From NCBI RefSeq assembly GCF_002113885.1, contig NW_018480059.1, positions 302,295 through 366,294 on the forward strand: DNA of 64,000 nucleotides, in the 5' to 3' direction. Made by a program: the position numbers and the translations under genes. Origin of the DNA: Mizuhopecten yessoensis (Eukaryota). The notes beneath the pieces were generated by a model. The model did no database searches and had not been told where the DNA came from. It saw only the letters and a program-made list of their open reading frames with translations. Positions 24,909 through 37,300 of the stretch are shown in pieces (position 1 is the stretch's first letter; every line of letters begins with the position of its first letter).

Positions 24909-27900
24909 AGTGTAATGACGTCCATCGTTTACCTGTGTTACAGTAACAGATACCTACACTACAGTACAGGTGTAACCATCAGTGAAATGACGTCCATTGT
25001 TTACCTGTGTTTCAATAACAGATACAGGTGTAGCTATAGGCGTAATGGCTTCCATTGTTTTTCTCTTGATTTTTCTTAGAAGACAGTTTGAGCAGGTAAA
25101 TTCAAAGACCATAAAACAGAATTCTAGTATAATGTTATATAAATGGATAATTAGTAAATTTAACATTTTAAAATATTTATAAGTTTTTACCTAATAAAAT
25201 TAAACGATACTGTGGTACAGAGCCTTCAAACGGCCAGCTTTATCATGATTGCAGCTGCCATATCGTCGCAATTCCGGTTCTGGACCTATTTTATGAAACA
25301 GGTGTTTGACCCAATCACAAGCAAGCTGATCCAATATTGGCAATACATCCTTGGCTATGTCATCTTAGCGGGTCTCATAAGTTTCTGTGCCTGCTACAGA
25401 TACGGTCCAGTGACAGATACCCGCAGCCTTAACCTCATACAGTGGTTTATACAATTGGTTTCCCTCATTCTTATTTACCATGGGACGCAGTTACCTGAGT
25501 TATCTGTGATCATTATTGTTCACTTACTAGCACTCTATAATATTCCAAAAGGATGGTACATGAATAGATTCACATACTATCTCAGGTTAGTTGACGACTT
25601 TCCTACTCAAACATTTAACATATTCTGAGATTATGTAGATGTACTTTTTCAAATTATGTCGATGTTGTTTGTTGGTGTTGGCCATTGACAATTCCTGCAA
25701 ACAATTCTTGAAATCGGTGTTGCGGTTTTTGATGAGAAGTCAAAAATGCTACTAAAATAATGATATTAGTGGTAAGAGGACAGGGATGAGGAACCGACAC
25801 TTTATACTAATATTGATGTCTTTTCTTCCCCCGCACTGTAGCTTTCTTTTCTTATAATTATGACTTTTCCCCGTACTTTAGTTCCTTCACTTATCTTTTC
25901 AAACGATCATTTCAGACTCTTGTGAAAAAGAAGGTAGCAAAATAACTATGACATTGAAGACTTTATAGGTTTTTAGATTTGTAGAACTTCACTAATATTG
26001 AAATTTTATACAATTAAGGGTTTACGCACCTAGCCTTCTGTTTCAACCGTAGTTTACACCAATTTAGATTTCGACCAGTAAGCCCCTAAACGACGAGTCC
26101 GCGAAGGACGAGACAGGTGTGTGGCGTAGATCATTTATGCGTTACATACTGTATTTACTACTAATTTTAAATGTACAATATCATACTGCGGACTTTTTAA
26201 CATGAATAAACTTGACATCATTCATCACTGGATTCAGGTTTAAGTTTTTCACATCGAAGCGTAAGTTCCTGACGGAAGACGAGTACATCAAACAGACCAA
26301 CGAGGAAACCACAAAGGCACTAGAGGAGCTCCGCAGCTTCTGTCAGAGTCCTAAATGTGATACATGGAAGGTCGTCAGTCACCTGTCCACACCTTTAAAG
26401 TAAGAATCTGTACACATACACCTTTCCTGTCATTAATATTCTTTAATGTAAATTGTTAATCAGGACAAAAGTCGTCTTCATGAGATTGATTCCCATTTTA
26501 TATGTTCGTTCTCGGTAATATTTTATAGCACCATTGCTAGACGTAAGTCTGGAAATAATGCCAACCATTGAACCACTCATTAACCGACAACGGTGAAGAT
26601 TTTATTTGCCATTCATTCGCAACAAAACAAACTCCACACCCCTCCCCCTTTCTTACAGAAGTCATACAGAGTATTATTTTGCTGTCTTGTATTAGCCATG
26701 AAGTACGATCTGAATTCAATAGTGATAAAAACAAAATGGTTCTATGACTTACCAGGGCTCGTATTCATAAAACCGTTTTCATGCTTAAGCATAGATTTTG
26801 TGTTCAAGCTCAATTTCTTGTTCCAGATATAAATGGAGAATCGTTTCATGAATACGGGCCCTGGCACGAAGTACTTTTCGAAATTGCCCCGAAATTGTTT
26901 TTTTCTTATTATTTGGTTTGTTCTTCTTAAGCGGGACTTTATATTCAGGACAAATGCAAGTAAACTGTATGTGTGAACAATGCAAAACGACACACAGACA
27001 AACTAAAAGGTTACCAAGGGCTGTTCTGAAATAAGTCATAGCAATTACATCGAGACACTGTTAAAAGGACACAAATTAGTTGTTCTAAGCAACAAACGAA
27101 ACTTAAATTTTCATCTGACTAAGCTTGTAATTTTTCAGGCTGATTCGATGTCTACGACGGTCACCTTTACCTCTGATTGTTCAGTTTTTTGAGTCAATTC
27201 ATTATCACTAAAAATAAGATAAAAAACCAATTGCTTGTGTTTACAGGTTTGCCAAGTTTTTGGAGGTAGATTCCTGGCACGTTACAGATCATGAACTACG
27301 AGAGTATGATAGTGGGCCTGAACCAACACCTCCGGTCGATCCAGACTCGTCAGACGAGGATGAAACCTTAGTTTAACTGAATTCCTTTGCATTATAGATA
27401 TTTGTCACCTCACCTAAATCAAAGTGGATCTGATAGAATAATTTCATCAGACATGAACATCATGAAACCACACCATCATTCCTCGACTCAACTTGTCAGA
27501 AAAAGGATTTTGATATGTGATATCGTTGCTTCTTCTTCTGTTAACGTACAATCCTAGTTGAGAATCACGTACTGCGCTTTAACATATATTGACCTGAAAA
27601 TTACAATGACATTGAAACAAAAATCACGAGTTGTGACATTTTTTTTCATTTGTTTCATGTTCGCACACTGTTCCAGAACACTTGTTTTTAAAGAAGAATA
27701 TTTTGTATCAGATACATTGGCTGTCTACCAAACGCAGCATTATATCTTCAATTTTCGTATCCTTTGCTTAAACTTAAACCACCGTGGAATTCGTACACAT
27801 TAAGCATGGACTTGGGAAGTTCATAAGGGCAAAGTGATTCATAAAATACTCTTCGATGCCTATATAATTATATATAACAGCAAACTTTAGCTTGCTTATG

Positions 27901-28431
27901 CGTAATGCCTCTTGCAAACCTTTCCAGATTAAAGTTTATTGCATAAGTGTTGAAATTCACACTGTAATGTACTTCCGCAGATGTACTTGCTGTTATTTGG
28001 CATGGAAGTTCCCAAGGGGTCAGTCGTTCTATTTTTTTTTATCGGCAAATGATGAAAATCACAAAAAAAATTCAATCAAATGTTCTACCAAAATGGTGAT
28101 ATTTGGTATGTTTTGTTTTGTTTTACGAAGCTTAAGTCAAACGCTATTGTTTCAACCTTTTTAGAATGAACTGTTTTTCGAATAGGAGATCCATGCTGTT
28201 CTGACAGCTTTTTTGTCTTCGTGCTTGACTTGCATTCCACGAAATATTCACGATTTGCTTTCCTTTGTTAAAGAAACACGAATTAGCACACAACTATCAT
28301 TTCCCACCAAATAATCACTTAATTTTTGCTTAATTATGTCATAGTCACAACTTGTTGGCATTTCACCTCCTTGTGCAATGTGAAAATTCGGGACAATAAA
28401 ACGAAGCAGTAAGCCTGCTATACTATTCATC

Positions 28432-28710
28432 TATCCTTGATACCCAAGTGGTTACGCTCACTTTCGCTCTCTGCACCCCTGGAATATGTCATAGCAAATT
28501 TAAGGCACACGGCTAGCTATGTGATTGGCTACGCTGATACCTGTCCTCTGAATGTTAAAGAGGCGTGACACCCGACTTAGAGACCGTCAATTGTCCCTTT
28601 ACGAGACCGAGATGTCTAGGGTGGCGCACACCGAGCCTTAGATTTTGCTATGACATATTCCATGGGTGCAGAGAGAAAACATCAGCGTAACCCCTGGAGT
28701 ATCGAGGATG
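28432..28710. mobile_element. MITE (CATCCTCGATAC...GTATCGAGGATG family)
   Basis: About 65-bp TIRs; same family as 34780-35136 and the fragment at 7010-7066. Confidence 0.7.
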
Positions 28711-28799
28711 ATTATCATCCAGTTTGGTCTATAAAGCTTATCACTCGAGTGATAAGTAAATTTATAGATCGTATCCTTCCTTAAAATTGGTGGAGACCC

Positions 28800-29720
28800 A
28801 GTCGTGTTTCTTGTTTCTTCAGATTGGTCAAGTGATTGACTGGAGAAAAACGATTGATGTATTTTTATAAATAGAGTTTTGTCTGATCCTTGTGGTTTGT
28901 TTGAGATAATATTGTTCTTGTTTTAGATATATCCTGTTCTGCTATCTTCACGTATGCTAAGTTTCACCGACAACCTTTCTTTTGGTAGTTGCGGGATTAA
29001 AACGTCGAGTTCCTCTAGATCTGTAAAAACAAGAACAAACAGTCTGCTAGGCGATTCTGTCTCCTTGCTGTTTTGTTGTTCTCACACGTGTGGTTGCGCC
29101 TGTAAGGCTTGGTAATAGTTACAGTACGCCAATGATGAATAACACTGCACCATGCTTCCACCGGTTGTTAGGTACGTCCTTTTCTTGGGGGAAAAACTGT
29201 CATAGTTGTATGAATGCATTGCCTGTGTATACGAGTCTCGATCTATATCCAAATTTTGCTTGATCTTCTCATAGTTTCCTCTGTTGTTATTTCGTTTCTC
29301 AGCTTTATTTTTTATTAAGTAATCTGGAATACGAAGTCGAACAGCAGATAGCTTTGATAGTTTTTACCAAGTACACCGTCACTTGCCTTATTTAGGAAGA
29401 GGTCGCACACGTCCAAATTGAGCTTGAAGCTGTAGTACAGCTGTTTTCGGCAGAGTTTCACTCCCTCTCATATAGGCGTGTCCATCACGCTTAGTACTAC
29501 TAAGGGTGTCTACTTTTATTAACCATCTCATATGACTCTCCGGTTTCTTGTGGCTGTTTCTATTAAGATTTGTTCAAGAATTCTAGGAGGTGAGTATGCC
29601 CAAACTATCATCAGTGGCATTAGTTCATTTATTTGCATTTTGCTTGATTCGTGTTCAGTCATCTCATGATAATCAGAGGTGACCGGCTGGAATTGGTCAT
29701 AATAATTGTCATTATTCAAA
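28800..29720 (-). mobile_element. Highly degenerate CR1-like LINE remnant
   Basis: Fragments resembling the APE domain and linker (AYSPP; RNNNRGNYEKIKQNLDID; LFVLVFTDLEEL), with many stops. Confidence 0.3.
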
Positions 29721-31308
29721 ATTTAATAATATATTTCCTATATCCATCATTCTACTTTTTACTTGTGGCACTTTCACGTCCCAAAAGTGATCTTATGATT
29801 ACCTCCGATACCTATTTGATTCGCCCCACCGCTGACTTCCTGATTCTTTATTTCTTGTTTTGGGGTTCCTTCTTATGTTCTGATGGCAGGGAATTTTGCA
29901 GTGCATTCTTTAGGTAAGAACGTTTATCAGGATCTTAACCATGTCCTCTTTATCTAGCTACACTTACGTCGGTCTGAATTTGACCAACTCATCTTCTTCC
30001 TCATTGGTCATTTTGTCTTTCTTTTTCAATTATTGATATTTTCATGGTGCTCACACATGTGCCTTTAAACAAATTAAATAAGTTCTCAGTCAGTGACCTC
30101 TCTAACTCTTTTATCTCTAGTCTCTGTTTCCAAACTATTTGTTGCCTCTTCTCCCTCTGCCTGCTGTTCTTATTCCTGGTCCTTTGATTTCTCCACCTTT
30201 CCAGTACAATCTCTCATTCCAGCTCCCTCCTTACTTTCATTGTTTGTGTATCTTCCTTGGTTATTATCGTGTCTTCATTTCTAATGCATCTTTTGTCTGT
30301 AGCCCAGATGTGTATTCCATTCAGTCATTGTAATGATATTACTATTCTAACAGTACCCATGTAACTCTTTTCTTTATTGAAAAGCACTAAAAACTGGTCC
30401 ACGGATGCAAATCGAAATCACTTCAGCAGTTCTGTTCTAGCAGTCATGTAAACTAGCATAAGCTTACTTGGACAGGTGAGCTAATAAAATCAGCCTTTAG
30501 AGTCAATGACAAAAAAAGAAAACGAAAGCCAAACTACCAATAAATTGCTGTTTATTTACGAAAGTGTGGCAAAACAAATCATTCAGTATCCAAATGGATA
30601 TATTCAACGTTTAGGACTTTTGTTCTTATACTTAATCTAACCGTAAAGATTTCCCTGATTTGCAATATAAATATATTATATATGTTCTTGACTGTTAAAC
30701 ATTCACTACTGAATGATCAATCTACTCATAGCTTTCAGATAGACTGAACTCAACAAAGTTAAAATATATCAAATTCGCTAGATATACAAGATCACATTAA
30801 ATGTATATAAATTAAAAATAATAAATATCTGATGTTTCAGAAGATTGTCAAATGAAAATAACTATTCAGTGTATTGCTCAATATTATGCCGATTTGCCTC
30901 AATAATTTCTACTTTGACATGATAATACTAAATGTTAACAAAATCACGTACACTTAATCTGATTCCAAACAAACAGTAAATGAAGATGAACATTACCTAC
31001 ATTCACATCAACATCCTCTCCTACAAAACACATCACAACAAGAAATAGCACAGAAAAGCAACCCTCCAATTCCAACCACTACATCAGCCCTATGTAGGTA
31101 TCACTAGGGTTGGATAGAATAGGAAGGTCTGCATGCCTTTATAAGCGATAGAAAATATATATGATGCATTCAAAAATATTCCTTGAATGTTTATATCACA
31201 GGTCAAAGTCACCAGAACAATTTGCTCTTTAGTACGAGTGGTGTTATCTCCCTTGATCTTGTTGAACTTTGCTGCCTGACTGATGGATCCCTATCTTCCA
31301 GGCCTGGA

Positions 31309-34300
31309 TTACATGTTCATTGAGGAAAACACCCGAGGATAGTTCTCAAAAAATCCCTAAAAAAAAAGAAAATTAATCAAGTCATTACTTCAACAAGAGT
31401 ACCGCAGGGCGGAACAATATGCGCTCGTCGAATGCCATATAGTGTTATATACTTTCTTATATTGAAATAAGATCTGCATCATTCTAAGCTGGTTAGCTGA
31501 CATGCTATAAACAAGAGGCACCTTGATATCTAAGCAATCATTGCAAAATATTCTCCAAATGAGATCCAAGGGAGTATGCCAGATCCCACTGCCAATTCTT
31601 TTAGTATGTCTGTATTTTCATGCCCCGCAATCTAATGTATGGTTATGGGGTGGGGATCTTAACTGTTTCCAAGCTGTGACTCAGAAACTAGATCCCAAGG
31701 GTTGTTGTCAGCCCCACCATTTGTACAATTTTGAATCCCTGCCTCCCATGAATGCTTCTGACCAAATATGATCGATATCCATGCCATAATTCTACAGAAG
31801 AAGTCGTTTATAGCAATATAGCCAAACTGCCCCCTTTTGGTCTTGCCCCTCAGCCCCCTGGGTGGTCAACCCAACCATATGACATGTACAATTTTGAATC
31901 CCCACCACCTAGGGATGCTTCCAGTCAAATATGGTTGATATCCATTTCTTAGTTCCAGAGAAGAGGTCGCTTAAATTAATATAGCCCAATTGCCCCCTTT
32001 TGGCCCTGCCCGTCAGGCCCCTGGGGGCCAGACCCACGGTTTATACAAAATTGGTTCCTCTTCACCAAAGGATGCTTCAGACTAAATATGGAACAAATCC
32101 TTTCATTCCTACAGAAGTAGAAGGAGTTTAAAGAATTTGCTATGTTTCCACTATTTGGCCCAGGCCCTCAGGCCCCAGTGGGGCCAGACCCACGGCTGAT
32201 ACAAAATTGGTTCCCCTTCACCGAAAGATGCTTCAGACCAAATATGGAACAAATTCTTTCATTCCTACAGAAGTAGAAGGAGTTTAAAGAATTTGCAATG
32301 TTTCCTCTATACGGCCCCGCTGCTCAAGCCCCTTGGGGGGCCAGACCCACGGTTTATACAAAATTGGTTCCCCTTTACCCAAGGATGCTTCAGACCAAAT
32401 ATGGAACAAATCCTTTCATTCCTGCAGAAGAAGAAGGATTTTAAAGAATTTGCTATATTTCCCCTATTGGGGCACGCCCCTCAGGGGCCAGACCCACGGT
32501 TTATATAAAATTTGTTCCCCTTCACCGAAGGATGCTTCAGAATAAAAATATGGAACAAATCCTTTCATTCCTACAGAAGAAGAAAGAGTTTAAAGAATTT
32601 GCTATGTTTTCCCTATTGGGCCCGCTGCTCACGCCCCTTGGGGGGCCAGACCCACGGTTTATACAAAATTGGTTCCCCTTTACCCAAGGATGCTTCAGAC
32701 CAAATATGGAACAAATCCTTTCATTCCTATAAAAGAAGAAGAATTTTAAAGAATTTGCTATATTTCCCCTATTGGGCCACGCCCCTCAGGGGCCAGACCC
32801 ACGGTTTATACAAAATTTGTTCCCCTTCACCGAAGGATGCTTCCAACTAAATATGGAACAAATCCTTTCATTCCTACAGAATAAGAAAGAGTTTAAAGAA
32901 TTTGCTATGTTTTCCCTATTGGGCCCGCTGCTCACGCCCCTTGGGGGGCCAGACCCACGGTTTATACAAATTGTGTTCCCCTTTACCCTAAGGATACTTC
33001 TGACAAAATTTGGTCAAAATATGCTCTGTCGTTTATGACTTGTAGTGATTTTTAGGAAAAATTGACAGACGGCGGACGAACGAGGGACACCGCAGCATGG
33101 CATGGGCAAGTGAATGTAGGAGAAAATCTCTGGACAAAAAATCAAATACTGAAATAAACAAAGGGCAATAACTTTTGCAAAAATTGTTGAATCAAATTCT
33201 TTTCAAGTGAACACAACAACATATCATGATTATTTAGCCTACTAAGTTTCAAAGAGATCAGTTGAATAATGAAGGAGGAGATTGCCGGACAAATAAAAGT
33301 TTACGCCGGACGGACGACGCCATACCATAATACTCCCGTCAAATTTGATGGGCGTATAAAAAAAACCAACAGATTTTAGTCAGATAGTAATATTTTTTTA
33401 TATGAAGATTTTCCAAGGCATATGCTTTTAACACTAACCCCTAGAAGATATTCTTGTGTGATTTTACCTAACTTAATCTAATTTTGAGACTGGTACTCAA
33501 AAATGACCGAAATACAAACTAAATCCACAGGGTTCACGAGATATTTTCTACACAAGTTTTTTCTCCAAAAGTGGTCAAGTGTAACTTTGACCATTACACC
33601 TGGACTGTTAAAATCTAATCAAATGTAGAGCTTTATGTAATTTTACAATGGCATCAATGTAAATTAAATCTGTTTAGGAGTTTATGAGATATCTTATACA
33701 CAACCTTTTTGTTAAAAACTTTGAACACACACACACCGAAACACTGACAAAGTGATAAACATACACCCTCTCTACTTAATTGGGTATATGGGTATAAGTG
33801 TATAGTTTAGCACTTGAGTGAGGGAAATATAAAGGCGGAGGAAAGGAAAAGGGAGAAACCATATGGGGAGGGAAACGGAGAGAATTTTAGGGAAGAAAAT
33901 AAAGGAGAAAGAAGGAAAAGAAATGAGGACATGTTGGAGGTATAACGAGTGTACATAGAGAATAATACATGTCTTTTTCCATATCACACCCAGTATCAAC
34001 CAGAGACTGCAATATCAGCCCAAGGGCCGAAGGCCCGAGGGCTGATATTGGTCGAGGGTTGATACTTGGTGTGATATGGAAAAAGGCGTGCTTTATTCTG
34101 TTTATTACATATTTACTAATAAAAACTACTATCTTATGATTTAATTTTCTTTTTGAAATATTGAAAAACGAAAAAAAATCCATTAGTGGTCTGATATGGG
34201 TTTTGCGGGCTGATACGGGTTTTGGGGTGTGATATGGCGAGGGCTGATATGGGTTAGAGCAATTGTGTCGTATCGCATATACAAAAAACCTGTATTTATC

Positions 34301-37300
34301 AGTATGTAATAAATACCTGGAATAGCTTGATACCCTGGTTGATACTGGAGGTACAGCACATCTCACGGATGGAGTGCATGCTAAGCTGAGGCGCCCCAAT
34401 ATCAATGGTTGGCATCCCTAGCTTGGCAGACATGATCGGACCAATGGTAGAACCACAAGGCGAGTCATTTTTCACCACAAAGTCCTGGCACAAGAGAAAA
34501 AGTTAGCAGTACCCTGTTATATAATCATTTAAGAAAAAGATAATAAAATAAACACAAGTGAGTGGGCCTTACTTAAATATACCCCTCACTCCCGCATACT
34601 TGGCACAAAAACACTAAACTTCAAAGGTTGACAAATGTTACCCTTGACCTTATCCGATGTCTGCCAAAGTTTAATCAGGTGTAGAACTTGATGTTACCTT
34701 ACTATGTTGTAAATATAAACTAATCCTGTTACAATCTGTAAAATACAACTGAAATTTCATGGCTTTGTATGTAGTGCCTCATCCTCGATATCCAGGGGTT
34801 ACGCTCACTTTCACTCTCTGCACCCCTGGAATATGCCATAGCAAAATTGAAGGCTCTCAGTGTGCACCGCTTTGTGGATGAGACAAGAAGGCTAGTGTGA
34901 TCCTTTGATATACATCAAAAGAATCTCGCGGTTGCGTAACGGTAAAACTTACTGGCTTTGAAGTCAGGCGTCACTCCTCTGTAATCTTCAAAGGACAAGT
35001 ATCAGCCTAGTGATTGATCAGGTTTTTTTTACCGGACACCAATCAAATAGCTAGCAGTGTGTCTTCAATTTTGATATGACATATTCCAGGGGTGCAGAGA
35101 GCGAAAGTGAGCGTAACCCATGAAGTAAAGAGGATGGTAGTACCTATAATTGATCACGAAAAAGCAAAATTGCTAAATAAAACCGCTTTTAGTCATTTGC
35201 TCAAATTTTTCGGATATTGAAATACTCATTAAATATGTGCTGAACATTGAACTTTTCTTGGTAATATGTATCCTCCCTGAAATTAATTGAGGTACTTGGG
35301 TAATATGTATGCTTACTAGGATTTTCCTGATTTTGATAGATATCATCAAAACACACTAACCTAGAAGATTATAGCAAGTATTAAAATTGCACAAACTATG
35401 CCAAACATTAAACTTGAGCTGGGCATGGTCAATATGTTTCCTCACCAAGATTAAAAATATATCAAGTATTAAATGGATACTATTAACAAATCTGATTGCT
35501 GCATGCACCTTAAATATCTATAGATCGAGCCAAACATTCAACTTGAGCTTGTTACCTGAGCACCAAGTAATATACATCCTCATCAAAATTCATCACAATG
35601 TTATCAATTTTATGAAATCATTCAAAATCTCACATAGGATGCTGATGCTGTCGCAAGGCATTACAAAATTAGCGATACCTGTGACACCATTACAGGTTAC
35701 ACCAATTGGATGCCAACAGTGAGGGAAAACCAACACCTATATCGTGTTCCATGTTATTCATCTGCAACTTTCCGTGGCCCTGAGTTTACCTACCTGTAGT
35801 GGCACACCAGCAGTCTTGGCCACCTCTCTCAAGATAGCAGTAGTGATGGCTGTGGTCGCGTAACGCTGGTTAGCGTTGAACTTCACAACATATCCCTGTC
35901 AAAAAACGGTGAGGAAATCAACAGGTGTATTGTTTATGTTGTACAATGTAGTAGGGCATAACAACATAAAACATTGGAGGGAAATGAAACCTCATAGACA
36001 TAGATAGACATAGATATCTTACAGTAAATTTAACATTTAAAATCTGATTGTAGACATGAAATGACATACAAGTGAGTCAATGTCATCTAAACAAAATCAG
36101 TAGCTCATAAGATAATGACAAATTATACTTCTGAAGGCTCCTCCTTTTTTTGTTGTTGATATTTCACGTTTAAAATTTACATACAATTTAAATGCTTTAC
36201 ATTTAATGAGAAAGAAATTGTTAAGTAAAAAGGAAATATGCTAGTATTAAAAAAATGATATTATAAAACATGTAGAGATTTTGTGTTGATATTTATGGTA
36301 AATGTTCAAATTCCCAAACTCTATCTTCAAAGTCTGAAGTTTTTAATAAACAGCCAATCTCACAGCCTACCATATTAAGCCTTTTTTTTGCAAGGAAGGT
36401 TAGTTGATCCAAGTTTATCTGACTAGTTTCACTTTGTATGAATAAAGCTTAATAAAAAATACTACTACTGCTAAAACAGGCAGAGATATCTATTTGAGGT
36501 CACTGACATTTGACCTCAAACTATGTCTTTAATTTCTGGGTGAGGATTCCATATATTTGTGACCATCTAGTAACAAGGCTAATGTGTTTGAACGGATGAA
36601 TATTCTTAGTGAAAAAAAGGTTTATAAGTGTTTATCTGGTGTATACTGGTAAGACACTACTGACCTTGTGTAATCCTGGCTGGTGGTTACTCTCATGTTT
36701 GTCTCTAAAATCAGTTTTATTATTCATTATATTTTAATTATCACAAAATTGTAGAAATTTATTCTTAAAAAAGTGCTGACTCCCAAATTATACTTCTGAA
36801 GGCTACTGCTTTTTTTTTTTTATATTTCACGTATGAATTTTACATACAACTTAAATGCTTTACATTTAATGAGAAAGAATTTGTTAAATAAAAAGGAAAT
36901 ATGCTAGTATTAAACAAGAGGCCCAGAGGGCCTGTATCGCTCACCTGAATATGTTTGAAATAATTGGTATGAAGTAAAGATATATCACTCCATTGTAGGG
37001 GCTGTAAGTGCATATGAAATTTCAGAAAGATCCATCCAGTACTTGAGATATAGCGAATTTTTTTTTCAAAAACAGCCCCGCCCCTATGCCCATATGGGGA
37101 TCATACCCACCGTTTATACAAAATTGGTTCCCCTTCACCAAACGATGCTTTATACCAAATTTGAACAAAATCCTGTCATTCCTAAAGAAGGAGAAGGATT
37201 TTTGAAGAATTTGCTATGATTCCCCTATTGGGCCCCTCCCTTCTGGCCCAAAAGGGGCCACACTCACTGTTTATACAAAATTGAGTCCCTTTTGCCCATG

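Larger units (their letters stand above)
16470..25025 (+). repeat. 70-72-bp array derived from the exon-5 acceptor in NEMP-A (about 5 units), split by the Polinton
   Basis: Same unit as the 51.3-53.35 kb array. One unit is cut as CCATC-AGTGTA[element]AGTGTA-ATGACG. Confidence 0.85.
13508..27376 (+). pseudogene. NEMP1: NEMP paralog copy A (nuclear envelope integral membrane protein), probably a pseudogene
   Basis: Exons homologous to copy B: 13508-13645 (8-nt deletion), 14157-14384 (1-nt deletion near the end), 15313-15385, about 25016-25095 (acceptor CAG>CAA plus 14-nt deletion), 25221-25585, 26238-26399, 27247-27376. Exon 1 not found. A Polinton is inserted in intron 4. Confidence 0.8.

Noticed and set aside
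24680-24910. K/R-rich ORFs in the TIRs (also 16654-16842)
   Set aside because: Translations of the GGGACGAAA repeat
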